From NCBI GenBank assembly GCA_964234715.1, contig OZ174279.1: a DNA stretch of 64,000 nt; one strand, written 5' to 3'. Both the position numbers and the translations under genes were made by a program. The notes under the pieces are model-generated. The model made no database searches. It was not told the origin of the DNA and saw only the letters and a program-made list of their open reading frames with translations. How positions within the stretch are numbered: the stretch's first letter is position 1; each line of letters begins with the position of its first letter. This DNA is from Podarcis melisellensis (Eukaryota). Of this stretch, positions 34,401-44,627 are shown in pieces.

Positions 34401-36682
34401 TGTAATGGTGGTCCAGGAGCACTACTTCGGATTATTGACATCTGAACATTGGTTGTCATGATATGGTGCACATTGCTGGGATGTCCCTGCAGACAGTAAC
34501 AGATTGTGTGTGGGGAAATCGTCTAGATGTAATTTACAAGAAAGGCTTCATATACAACCACACACTACAGTTAAGCCGTTTGAAAGTACAGGTTAGATAT
34601 GAATTATTATGGTAGGAGATACAAACCAAGACTGTGGCTACTGTGGTTCACAGTGCTTCATTTGCTTTCCATGACTTTAAACAAACAAAAAAGTTACTTT
34701 AGAAGAAGAAAATGATTACCTGTTGTCCACTGATTGTTGCTACAGGAATAGCAGAGGCCTGTGGGATGCTGCTCTCCATTGTTACAGTAACTTGCCCTGG
34801 GACTTTGGTGGGGCAGGAGAGAGGAGAGGGTGGAGCTGGTGCAATAGGGCGGCTAGGGATGGTAGGCTTCAGGGGAGGCTGCAAAGAACATAAAGATACA
34901 ACTACTGGTTCTTAGAAATCTGTGGCAACAGAACAAATAAAAACAACACAAGTATGCACCAGTTAGTTTACCCTGAGGGGAATAGAAAACCTGTAACAAA
35001 TTTACTGGTAGCCAGAGTCTAATTAAATTATTTTGAATTTCTCTATACACATTATTCCTCAGAAGAGAATCATATGAAAAGATGAATCATTGTGCAATAA
35101 TATTGCTTTCTTAAGATCAAGCCACTAGTACAAAAAGCTTTAATCTTGGAGACAGCTACTGGGAGTTAGTACACAAATAATTATACAGACAGACATACCC
35201 CATCAACCAATTCCCTTGAAACGTTTTGTAATTCTGTTCTCTCCCGCTTAACAAAAATTAGGTCTAGGGTTTGAAATTATGCAACTCCCTACTGGTTGTG
35301 CTGGAACAGAGACAGTCAACTCTCGAAACCTGTGGGGCCAAACTGTTTAGGATTAAGATTACCAATGATTATCATTTCACCGCCAGCCTCAGTGTACGGG
35401 GAAGATGATGCAAGGGACAAGATGCCTCTTTCCAATTAACTACTGAGAACCTCTTCCTCCTCCTCCTCTGACAGTTCTTATTCATGCATGGCAAAGAGAA
35501 GCCTTCAGCAACTGGTACCCTCCAGATGTTTTGTATCACAACTTCCATTAGCCCCAGCCAGCACAGCTGACAATTACAATGCTCTTGCAAGGGCATGACC
35601 AGTGTGCCCAGCACTTTTTAGGAAGAATTTAGTGGCATGTTTAAGAGATGGGCAGTAGGATATTTTGACTGAGTTTTTCATAGTTTCACAGAGTTGAAAA
35701 GGACTTGAAAACACCACGTAGACCTCCTGCTAATGCAGAAAATCTGCTGCTATAGCATAACTGTTAGCTTACCAGCCTCTGCTTTAAAACATCTAACAAG
35801 GAGGGCCCACCATCTTCTGAGGCACAGTTTGTACCAATGGGGAGCATTTCCTTGTAATTTCAACCTATTGGTTCAAGTCCTACCCCTCTGGCATAACAGA
35901 AAACATATTTGCTCCATCACTGTGAACTATGTACTAGTCCAATCCCTTGTCAGACTGCCTTCAATGGTAAAGGTTTCAGTAGATTTTCTTTAGAAAGCAC
36001 CAGATAACAGTATTCAACCTTCTCTGTCCCAGGGAATCAAAGGCAGTTGCAATATATAAACAAGTACATGCTAAAATGAAGAGAAAGTTGCACTTAAACT
36101 TAAATCTAGCCTGAGCTAACTTTGCCATTGCATTAAATTTGTGCTATTAAATACCCCTATTCCATACTTGAAAAGCAATGCTCTCATTACCTTCATAAGA
36201 CCTTCAGAAAAAGAAAGTGGCACTGCTGGAGCTAAATGTGCTGGAGGAGCTGCTACTGTAACTGGCACACCAGATTGTACCGTATGGTGCTGAGTCAACA
36301 TTTGCACCTGCGGATATGGCCGGACTACCACTGTTTCCTGCTTCTCTTCACGGGACTGCAGAGAGCCACCAGGGACCACATGATCTCTGGGAGCAACTTC
36401 CATTTCTCGGCTGGGTTCATCACTCACTAAATAGAAAAATGTGTGAAATTTTAGAAAGAAAACAGGACTAGAAACAGGCAAGGCACAGGAATGCTGTCTT
36501 TGATTGCTATGGAACTTACTTCCAAAAAAAGTATACTGAAGCCTTAGTAGAAATCCTGTAGTTGCCTTACCTGTAGTTGTTGGGTTTATCAATCCAGTAG
36601 ATCCACTGGTAGAGATCGGAGCTGGAGCTGGTCCTAGACTTGCAGGAGGGGGTCCTGAACGGGGAAACTGCTGAGAACTCAT
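19315..36682 (-). CDS. SAP130: Sin3A-associated protein 130 kDa (SIN3/HDAC corepressor subunit), complete, 20 coding exons, 1056 aa
   Basis: Exon lengths sum to 3171 nt with continuous phase. Begins MSSQQFPRSG, ends KKVSKLKRKEKV*. Conserved C-terminal domain RPRPPITLLRHYRNPWKAAYHHFQRYSDV. Confidence 0.97.
20392..20505 (-). CDS. SAP130: SAP130 coding exon 19
   Basis: TNLEHDVYERLTSLQEGIIPKKKAATDDDLHRINELIQ; 114 nt. Confidence 0.96.
21362..21465 (-). CDS. SAP130: SAP130 coding exon 18
   Basis: EKKAMLQEIANQKGVSCRAQGWKVHLCAAQLLQL; 104 nt. Confidence 0.96.
22142..22267 (-). CDS. SAP130: SAP130 coding exon 17
   Basis: EEGVRYVPVRPRPPITLLRHYRNPWKAAYHHFQRYSDVRVK; 126 nt. Confidence 0.96.
22582..22830 (-). 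CDS. SAP130: SAP130 coding exon 16
   Basis: VPPLTTNTVSPSL...ASPRKKPRKQQH...KRKSPPKEYI; 249 nt; CAGCAG tandem acceptor. Confidence 0.95.
23418..23625. mobile_element. Tc1/mariner (Tigger-like) MITE
   Basis: 21-bp TIRs cagtggtacctctggttatga / tcataaccagcggtaccactg (1 mismatch), flanked by TA on both sides. Confidence 0.9.
23850..24208 (-). CDS. SAP130: SAP130 coding exon 15
   Basis: AKPKPEIHVSMATPVTVS...IKIKEEVEPMDIMRPVS; 359 nt. Confidence 0.95.
25218..25322 (-). CDS. SAP130: SAP130 coding exon 14 (105-nt symmetric exon, probable cassette)
   Basis: ttttgcag|G...GG|gtaaga; LAVRKSLIPPQPSEVSGARVESSMRSASGSPRPAG; phase 2-2. Confidence 0.9.
25755..26285 (+). mobile_element. L2 LINE 3' fragment
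   Basis: Remnants LQLVQNAA, LHWL and FKVLLLAYKALNN of L2 ORF2; ends in aataaata. Confidence 0.75.
26371..26580. mobile_element. Palindromic MITE-like element
   Basis: Inverted arms ggtgcaagga / tccttgcacc; outer gctgtatccaac / ttagatacgac. Confidence 0.5.
26643..26817 (-). CDS. SAP130: SAP130 coding exon 13
   Basis: VLADGATIMANPISN...GSSPRPSILRKKPTTDG; 175 nt. Confidence 0.95.
27493..27795 (-). CDS. SAP130: SAP130 coding exon 12 (decapeptide repeats)
   Basis: SAQAPNSAIAAQTGVGVASTVHLNPMQLM...QGIQSAPIGA-type repeats...TETKTS; 303 nt. Confidence 0.95.
28961..29079 (-). CDS. SAP130: SAP130 coding exon 11
   Basis: QSVPVQFQYFLPTYPPPYPLAAHTYTPITSSVSTIRQYP; 119 nt. Confidence 0.95.
29919..30060 (-). 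CDS. SAP130: SAP130 coding exon 10
   Basis: KVVPQQITHTSPRIQSDY...GHRASPNPVAMEARNDN; 142 nt. Confidence 0.95.
30541..30645 (-). CDS. SAP130: SAP130 coding exon 9
   Basis: SVSHTQAPTSTIVTVTMPSHSSHATAVTTSNIPV; 105 nt. Confidence 0.95.
30967..31057 (-). CDS. SAP130: SAP130 coding exon 8
   Basis: KTIFSTGAPVAAATVAPILATNTIPSATTA; 91 nt. Confidence 0.95.
31610..31760 (-). CDS. SAP130: SAP130 coding exon 7
   Basis: RPTLSIQQHPPSAPISIQRPAQ...KQQLHTMAQ; 151 nt. Confidence 0.94.
32212..32336 (-). CDS. SAP130: SAP130 coding exon 6
   Basis: SRPPVTTSSTIPPAVVATVSATRAQSPVITTTTTHATEATL; 125 nt. Confidence 0.95.
32479..32901. mobile_element. Tc1/mariner-superfamily non-autonomous element with GC-rich interior
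   Basis: TA-flanked; TIRs ccatatttttcactcataag / cttatggagcgaaaaatatgg; internal copy of the TIR motif near 32823-32841. Confidence 0.85.
33451..33575 (-). CDS. SAP130: SAP130 coding exon 5 (GC donor)
   Basis: AAAAAVMSSSKVTTVLRPASQLPNAATAQPAVQHIIHQPIQ; 125 nt; frame requires donor CAG|gcaggt. Confidence 0.92.
34375..34486 (-). CDS. SAP130: SAP130 coding exon 4
   Basis: GHPSNVHHIMTTNVQMSIIRSSAPGPPLHIGASHLPR; 112 nt. Confidence 0.95.
34720..34878 (-). CDS. SAP130: SAP130 coding exon 3
   Basis: PPLKPTIPSRPIAPAPP...VATISGQQ; 159 nt. Confidence 0.95.
36191..36426 (-). CDS. SAP130: SAP130 coding exon 2
   Basis: SDEPSRE...VVVRPYPQVQML...SFSEGLMK; AG/GT flanks; 236 nt. Confidence 0.95.
36571..36682 (-). 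CDS. SAP130: SAP130 coding exon 1 (exon starts at 36688)
   Basis: tag|GTGGAAATG; MSSQQFPRSGPPPASLG...PTTT; donor ACAG|gtaagg. Confidence 0.92.
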
Positions 36683-38269
36683 TTCCACCTATGGAACACA
36701 CAGAATTACAAATAATTCATACATTCACATTACTGAAGCCCTTGTTACTGAGGAATCCCAGCAAATTCAGTTAGGTTACGTATGTTTGCACAGAGTAGCC
36801 ACTGACAAATGATATGCAAGCTCTCCATCTGGTTAAAATACAAAATACAAACAGTTCAGCCAAGTTCAGTAACTTAATATACAAATGTTGGTGCGTTAAT
36901 ATACTGAAATATAAAAATAGTAACACAGGTTCAAGTGACAACCACCACATGCAAATAATAAAGTACCAATACATAGGCCTGGCACAAATCCAGTGTTTAC
37001 AGTGCCAACTTATGCTTACTGAGAAATAAGTCCCACTGTCTTCAATGAATCTCACTCCCAGAAATGTTTACAGAGGATATTAACCTTCCAATATTTTGAC
37101 ATTAGGACCTCTCTACTAACTATCTGAAAAAAACACCAGGGCTATAATTATGAAATTAAGACTCAATATTAGCATTAGTAGTATGCAAACATCTGTGTAA
37201 GACACCTATATCAAAGTATTTTAATCGTGTACTGAACATCAATTAAACATACCATCAACTACACAAAACAAATACAGTTTAAAGATTATAGACCAGGGCA
37301 GAAATGCTTTAAATAAATGAAATGATAGATGTAATTATCTTGTACTTTGTAAATGGCTATAATTCTCTATACTCTTTCCTCGTGCAGTTCCAAAGGAGGT
37401 GAGGCTGGTATTAAATACTAAATCTATATTGAAAGATTGCACATGTACACATGACAGTAAATGTAATGATGAGCAACACAGCTGTCACACACAGGTACCC
37501 AAATGCAATCAGAAAGACTCAGCTAATTCTGTGCAACAGCTGAGCAAGCTACATAGAAACACTGAAAGTGACTATAACTGTAAAACCAGACCATTGATCT
37601 AATTATATCAGCATTGTTTACTTTACTGTCTAGTTTCCAAGATCTCAGGCAGAGGGCTTCCAAACAACTCAAAAGTTCTACACAAACTACTATATACTTC
37701 TGTTGACAGCAGCCATGCAAAAACCAGAGGAAGTGTACAACTACGCAGAACAATGCAACTACACTGAACAGCTAAGCATCTGTTGTGCACACTTACCAGA
37801 GAGAAAGCCCCACTTAACAGAGAACTTATTCCCATATAAGCAAATCTTGGGCTGCATAATGGAGTGTTAGGCGTTGGATCCTGACATCAGTACAGTAATC
37901 ACATAAACCAGTTCTGAACTCCAGCTCCCATCAGTGACAGCTGGAATAGCCAATTAGCAGGAGTGATGGGAGATAAAGTCAAACCGCACCTGGATGGTAG
38001 CAAGCTAGGGAAGACTAAATCAGTCTTCACACCCTTCACGATCATAACTTCTACATCACCATCAACTCCAAAATCTCTTTATGACACCGCAATACAAACG
38101 TAAATTCAACTTTCATGTGTTTGTCTCCCTCTTTTAACATCAATTGCAGGCAACACCTACAGTATCTCAATTACCTGCTTGGCAGCAGAACGCAGCTAGC
38201 ATGAAGTCATCAGGGATAATGACTGCACGTGCACAGTGCGAGATCTAGGGGAATCCAGGAGCAGCTCCT

Positions 38270-39630
38270 TATTCGGGGATGCTCTCTTTTCCCCTTGTTC
38301 TGGGAAACAAGCCTAATACCTCGCCCCACCCCGCACCCCCGACCCTAAACTGCGCTGGTCGTGGAAGGGCCACTACGATCAATACGATTATAACAGCGCC
38401 GCTTGCAACAGCTGGGCCGGCTCACCCGCCCGCAAACCCGCCGCAAACTTTTGGCTTCCGAGACAGGCGCGATCGGGGCGAGTATAGTGCGGAATCTTGA
38501 CGGGAGAAGCCGACACTCAGCAGCGGAGACGCCGCAGCGCGCAGCACAAGACGGCAAAGGGAGCAGCGCCCGTCGCCGGTCAGGGGCGGCTCCCGAGGCC
38601 CCTCCCCTTTCGCTCGCTTCGGGCGGAGCTCTCCTCTCGGCATAAGCTCCGCCCACTAGAGCATGCCCGAGGCCCGCCCCCCTCTGCGGGCAGCCAATGG
38701 GAACCCCTCACTTCCCCATGGCGAGCCAGCCCAGCGTAGAAGGCAGCACAACCTGCCAACCAATGGGAAAGCCCGCACAGGCTACGCCTGACTACCAATG
38801 GGAAAACAGGTAATGGCTAATCAGGAGTAGCCAGGGCCCGCCTCCCTTCCCTCCCTGATCACTATGTGAAACAGACGCGCAGGGCCAGGGACCCGGATGT
38901 TCAGCGAGAATAAAAAGGCTGCGGCGGCCGCCGCGAACGCCCCAAGCAGCCGCCGTGAGTGAGGAGGAGTCGGGCGCCCAGCTCGAGTAACTCTCGGCGG
39001 GGCTTGGCCAGAGGGAGCGGCGCCTCTCCCTGGCGCCCCGCTCCCAGAACGAGCCCTCCCCTCGCCCGCCGAGTTACCTGCAGCCGAGGGGGCGGCGGAG
39101 CCTCTCGGAGTAGCCTCCAGAGCCGCTTCTTTCGCCGACGCTGAGGGGGCTCAGTCGGGAGTGTTGCTTCCGCTGCCGCAGCAAAGCATCCCCTCCCCCC
39201 TTTCGATTGATTGGGTCTCGCCTAGTCCTGCCCACAGCGGTGATAATTTCTCCTCGCTAGGCGCGTCGATTGGCTGAGGCGGCGCTTGCGCAGAGGCTCC
39301 TGGGGGCTGTAGTTCGAGAACTGAGCGTCGCCCATAGATAACGCCGCGAGAGGTTGGGGGAAGCGAGAGGGCCCCGATTGGCCGCCTGAAAGGAGGCGGG
39401 ACGAGCGTTTAGCTGCCTCCGCCCACCAAGATTAGGATTGGTCGGCTTTCTTCGGAGCGCTTTAGTAAATGGCTTCTAGATGGAGAACGGGACGGTCCGC
39501 TGCTTGGTGAGATGGCGGGAAACCGACCTGGGAGCTGTCAGTTCCTTTTCCAGCTCCCACTTCCGAACCCAAGCTAAGAAAACAAAAAGCGGAGCTGCCC
39601 CGAAGCCGCATTGCTCCCGCTCTGCCTAAC
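38270..39630 (-). promoter_or_regulatory. SAP130 CpG-island promoter with non-coding exon 1 (donor at 39078)
   Basis: CpG-rich; donor CGGCTGCAG|gtaact; ATTGG boxes at 39210, 39269, 39377, 39437; ACTACAGCCCCCAGGAGCC (ZNF143-like) at 39313-39295; second CCAAT cluster at 38694-38799. Confidence 0.8.
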
Positions 39631-40114
39631 ATTTAACGGTACCTGCCTGACCCTTAATAAAAGGTTTATTATTGCCCCGTTGCTGTGATCTCTTGTTATT
39701 CTCTGCATTTTAGCAGCATCTCATTCACTGGTTATGAACGGAGCTAATATTAATAATATTGTAATGCATGTAATATAATGGACAGGCGTGTACTGTTGGA
39801 CTATTGTCAACACTGGGCTGTCATATACAATGGAAGGGCCTTCATGGTCCCTAGTGCAGCCTGTGGCACTCTTATACCCACTGGAGTATATTGCAATGCC
39901 AGTACAGTGTCAGAGAAAGCCAGGGTGGGCGGGAAGGTTCGGATCCCTTCTCAATGGTGAAGCTCCATAAACTAATTTCCATATTCTACCTCACAAAGTT
40001 GCTGTAGGAATAAATGGGGGGGGGGTTGTACACCACTTTGCGCTCCTTGGAGGAATGTAATAAATACTGAACCAACTTCAGCCCAGTAAATGGTTCCTTA
40101 GGGCAGGGAAGTTC

Positions 40115-40260
40115 TGCGCCAGAAGCGGTTTTGTCATGCTGGCGTCATGACCTGGAAAGCTGTCGACAAATGCCGGCTCCCTCGGCCTAAAGTGAGATGA
40201 GCACTGCACCCCATAGTTGCCTTTGACTGGACTTAACTGTCCAGGGGTCATTTACTTTTT
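40115..40260 (+). mobile_element. Sauria SINE 3' fragment
   Basis: gccagaagcggttttgtcatgctgg...gactggacttaactgtccaggggtcatttactttt. Confidence 0.8.
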
Positions 40261-41282
40261 ATCTTTATTTTCTTTGTATGCTGCCTTTCTGCAGTTTTAG
40301 CCATGCTCAAGGTGGCTTACAACGTGAAAAATACATAACAACAACATAACAAAAGTACTCATAATTAACAAATCATTAGAAAATACACAACCAAACTGAA
40401 CAATTTTCACATAAATCACAATCTCGAAAATAAAGATACAAAAAAGCAACAGCAACAACCCCCTGCAACAAAAACAAACTCCAAACACCCCAGCCCAAGA
40501 CCTTCTTTTAAACCACCACCAGCAGTTTTAAGGAGGGTGGAGAGTACATGATCTGCCAACACTTCTAATGATGGGGAAGAATGTGAAATGGTGGAGGTGG
40601 CCGTTCCTTTATGAAAAAAGGAGACTTGTGTGAAGCAACACTGTGGCTGGCAGGATTGGGAGGGACTAGGTGGTGTTGCACGTGAGAGGATTTTAGATAT
40701 GGAGCTAATGGGGAGCCTCGGTGGGAAGTTTTCAAATATATATAGGTTGTTCAAGTTCATAGAAGGGGAGGTGGTGATGTGGGCAATGCTGGTGAATGAA
40801 TATTGGCAAGCAATATTAGAATGACAATGGGTACTATTAGATATTGATATGTGAACCACCCTGAGACATCCGGGTATAGCACAGTACATAAATTCAATAA
40901 ATAAAATAATAATAAGCAATCCAGATTTTATGGCTATATGACCAACAGTCTGCACTGCATATCATATTATATGATCTACAAGGTTTTAATTTTTTTGTCA
41001 TCTATCAGGTTGCAGCAAAATGAGCAATGGGAAGCAGGTCAACTCCATTGGATCTTCCGAGAGACCAGCTCATTTTTGGTTTCAGTTTGAACAACCTTAT
41101 GACCTTTGTAACTGTTACAAAATGGTGCTTGAATTTATTTGTTTTCCCCCCTTTGGCATCATGCATTTTAAACAGTAAGGCAGGAATTGTCTTGTGGTGC
41201 TTTTTTTTTTAATTAATCTGTAAGGGACTGTGGGAGTCTTTGTGCCTGAATAATGGAATGAAAGTGTTAAATAAAGAAAATA

Positions 41283-41413
41283 CAGTGCTATTTTTCTAGA
41301 AAAAGAGGTGCCGGAACTCACCATGAACACCTCCCTCATTCTCTTAGAATGGCAATGGTGCCCACCTGAGAGGTGCTGTGAGTTTCAGTGAGTTTCCCCT
41401 TTAAAAAGTCCTG
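41283..41413. mobile_element. Short hAT-like non-autonomous element
   Basis: Ends cagtgctattttt / aaaaagtcctg; internal repeat gaggtgccggaactcac / gaggtgctgtgagtttc. Confidence 0.5.
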
Positions 41414-42339
41414 CGAAAAAATATAAATAAATAACCACTGATCCTACTTCCAGTGCTCCTTGCTGTCATTGCCACAAACTTACTTCCCCACTTGGGTGGG
41501 TGAGTAATTGGCTGCCTTTTGGGGGCATATCCCGCTCAAGAGGGTTCACAATATCATAAACATATGATATAAGCAAGGGCCAGGTATAGCAGGAAGGAGG
41601 GGCAGCAAGGGGACAAAGAGGAGACACTACTACAGATGGTGTCCTGTCAAAAAATTAGTTCACAGAAGTTGGTAGTCCCACTGAATAAATCTTGCTGAGG
41701 GCTCTGCCACTTGAAAACCTGGGACTGGCTTTGAATATATGGGTGAGGCTTGGGTTGCGTTTAGACCAGATGACTTGACTGATTCTTTTCCACAGCTGGG
41801 GGCCCATAAGTAGGCAGAAGGAATGTCTTTTCAAGCAAGGGGTAGCGTAGATACTAGGTTTGGATTCTGTACTCATGCAGACTGTTGTGGGGGATAGGAG
41901 ATGGAATCAAGTACTGTATCCTGAAAAAGGGTGCAGTTGGGCAGAAGGTCCCTATTGAAGTGATTTATCTCTTTGCTATTAAAGGAGTCTCAAGCCCTGC
42001 AGTCTCAAGCCCTGCAGGAAACAATGTTGCAGCGTAGAACAGGGATGCGAAGGAAACGTGAGGCTCTTCAGATGCTGTTGGACTCAAACTCCTATAATGG
42101 CTGGAGCCCAGGCACGAGGACGTCGGTCGCTTGTCGTCTCAACCACCTTTGGAGAACAGGTGCCTCCTCCACGATGCAGAACTATGAAAGTGCAGAGCTG
42201 TACTGTAGCCTGGCAAGGGCTCGGGAGGACGACTTCCTGCCTGGTCCTAAAGAGGATCTTCCTAGGGTTGGAGCCTGTGCAGTACTATCTAACGCTAATC
42301 GAGTTACCCTGAAACGAAAAAGCCACAAGTCTCTTGCAG

Positions 42340-43300
42340 CGGACTGTGCGTGTGCGTATTTGTGCGTAGGGTGGGGAAATATTACTACTACTAATACTAA
42401 TAATAATAATTCAGTGGCGAGGTGGAAGCGGGAGATGTTATTATGTCGGCAGACAATAAAGCGGGAAGGGTAGGGTACAGCTTCACGGTACCGTCGGCTG
42501 CCTGCCCCCCCCCCCGCTCGCCTGCTTGCAGTTTGCATTCCGCTTCGTGATGGGAACAGCGCCCCTGCTGGGCGACTGGAGCGTCGCCTTGAGCGGGACT
42601 TTGTTTGCCCATAGCCAAAATGGCGCTGCGAGCGTCAAGGGCTGCTCCCAGACTGGTTCCCTCCGTAGGGCAAAGAGCCGCTTCGCCCCAGCTCTTCCTG
42701 GTAGCCGGCGAGGGGCCGGAACCGGAAGCGAGCTGTCAGGAAACCGAAGGAGCCGCGGCGGCTGAAGCAGGAAAGGAGCGTGGCGGTAGCTTACAGGCGC
42801 AATAATAATCCGCACGGCGCGAGAGCCCCGGGAGGCGCCCTCTGGCTAAGTCGCGGCACCGGCACCATCGCCTCCCCCCCCCCGTGCGGTTCCCCAGCAC
42901 TGGACGGTGAGTGGGGTGCCTGGGTTCCCGGACACCCGCCTCTGAAGACGCCGCCGCCGCCGCCGCCGCCTCTCCTTTTTCGGGCTCTCCTGGGGCTCGA
43001 GCGGAGGAGGCGGAGTCCATACGGGCAGGGAAAGCGGGAGGTCTAAGGGACCGGGGCGCGGAGAATTCGGGGTGGTTAACCAGAGCAAGCTCGTGTTTCC
43101 AGCCTTGCAACACAGCCGCGCGATTTTAAGGCTGCAATCCTGACGGAGTCGGCTCTGATGCTCAGGTGCTATTGAATCCCCTGGGTTTCACCCCCCAGGC
43201 GAGCAGGGTTAGGATTGCAGCCCGAATTCCGGCAACTTTGTGGCGTTGCCAAGGATTCGGATATCTCGAACCGAAGGACAGAGATGCGGTTGGCAGTTGG
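42340..43300 (+). promoter_or_regulatory. UGGT1 CpG-island promoter and exon 1 (donor ACG|gtgagt at 42906)
   Basis: CpG-rich; YY1-like CAAAATGGCG at 42616-42625; ETS-like CCGGAA tandem near 42716-42728; strong donor; (GCC)7 just inside intron 1. Confidence 0.8.
43130..43222. mobile_element. Short MITE of the GGCTGCAATCCT...AGGATTGCAGCC family
   Basis: Perfect 12-bp TIR preceded by TAA; degenerate relatives near 777, 14670, 29697, 32104, 52300, 54918. Confidence 0.75.
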
Positions 43301-44502
43301 GTGTTTATTCGCAGAGCTCCTTGGAATCCTTTTTTTGCTAAAACTATGCACGGAAAGGAAGATCTAACAAACGAGGGTGTGAGCCCCAGGGCTCTTGGAT
43401 TCGGTGTTTGGATTGCAGCAGAGGGACAGGATCGCCTTTCTGAAATCTTACCTGCACAATGGGATTTGTGACAGCAATTGGCATGGTCAGAAGTATCATC
43501 ATTTGCCATATCTGGACATGCCTGCGTCGTGGAGTCCCATAATGGTGCTAAGAGTAGACCGTGAATGCACAGTAGGATGCATTAGATCAAGGGGGAAGCA
43601 CTAGTTTTTTAAAAAAATACTGAGTAGCAGGGCTGAGAATGACACGTTCCTGCTGAGGATTTTGGAGATAGTAGGTTGGATGATAATGACCTAGATGGAC
43701 TAGCGTCTGACTCAGCAGCTTCTTATGTAATTTCTGCAGTGCCACTTCTTACCTTTACAGTATGAAGTACAAGTGGGACAAATTTGATACGTTTTTGGGA
43801 AGGATTCATTCTTCTGAGTCCTCCCTTTCTCTACTCTCTCAGGCCAACTTCACAGATGTTAGAATTGCCATGAGGCTTTTATATGTGTTTTAATATTGCG
43901 CTTCCTGCAATGTAAAATTAGTATTATTCACTTACAAAGTGCCTGCATTTTCTAAGGGCTGTGCATGTATTAAGAGAGAAGTCAGTCCCTGTAAATAGAC
44001 TTACAATCTAATTGACATGATACAGAAGAGGAAACTGGAATCAGGAGGGGAAAATAAGAAGCGGGACTGGAACACCTGTTTATTCACTAGCTCATGATAG
44101 ACTCATAGAATTGTATAGTTGAAAGGGACCCTGAGGGTCATCTAGTCCAACCCTCTGCAGTGTAGGCATTTCAACACGTGTTCCCCCAATACATGTGAAT
44201 CAGCCCATTACCTCTGAATCAGTCCTAGAATTGCCTCTTTATTTTCCCAGATTTTGTTTATTTATTTTCTTATATGCTGCCTTTCTTCCATCATGGAACC
44301 CAAGGTGGCACACATTTTATTCTCAGGTGGTTATCCAACCAGGTGCTGCTTAGCTTCAGCAAGATGGCTTGTGTCAAGATATATACCTTAGAACTGATTG
44401 CACACCTGCGGATTTACAGAAGCATACACTTGCTTAACTATTTCTGCTGAAATACAATGCTTAAGTTAAATGTCTTCATTTGTTTCCAGGTTCTTTTATA
44501 AG

Positions 44503-44627
44503 ATGGGAACTCTAATTGCACTTATTGGAATATGGGTGAGCTTCTCCCTGGTAAAAGCAGATTCAAAAGCAGTGACAACTTCTTTGACTACTAAGTGGTT
44601 TTCCACACCTTTATTACTTGAAGCAAG
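44503..44627 (+). CDS. UGGT1: UGGT1 exon 2 (exon starts at 44490)
   Basis: tttccag|G TTC TTT TAT AAG ATG; MGTLIALIGIWVSFSLVKADSKAVTTSLTTKWFSTPLLLEA; AAG|gtaagc. Confidence 0.93.

Noticed and set aside
38279-39144. Several ORFs in the SAP130 CpG island
   Set aside because: GC-rich artefacts; the exon-1 ATG at 39189 gives only a 12-aa out-of-frame ORF and may lie upstream of the TSS
41973-42473. 166-aa + strand ORF upstream of UGGT1
   Set aside because: Non-ATG start, no recognisable homology, includes microsatellite-derived TTTNTNNNN
42340-42910. ERSE/UPRE elements expected for an ER-stress gene
   Set aside because: No CCAAT-N9-CCACG or TGACGTGG found in the proximal promoter
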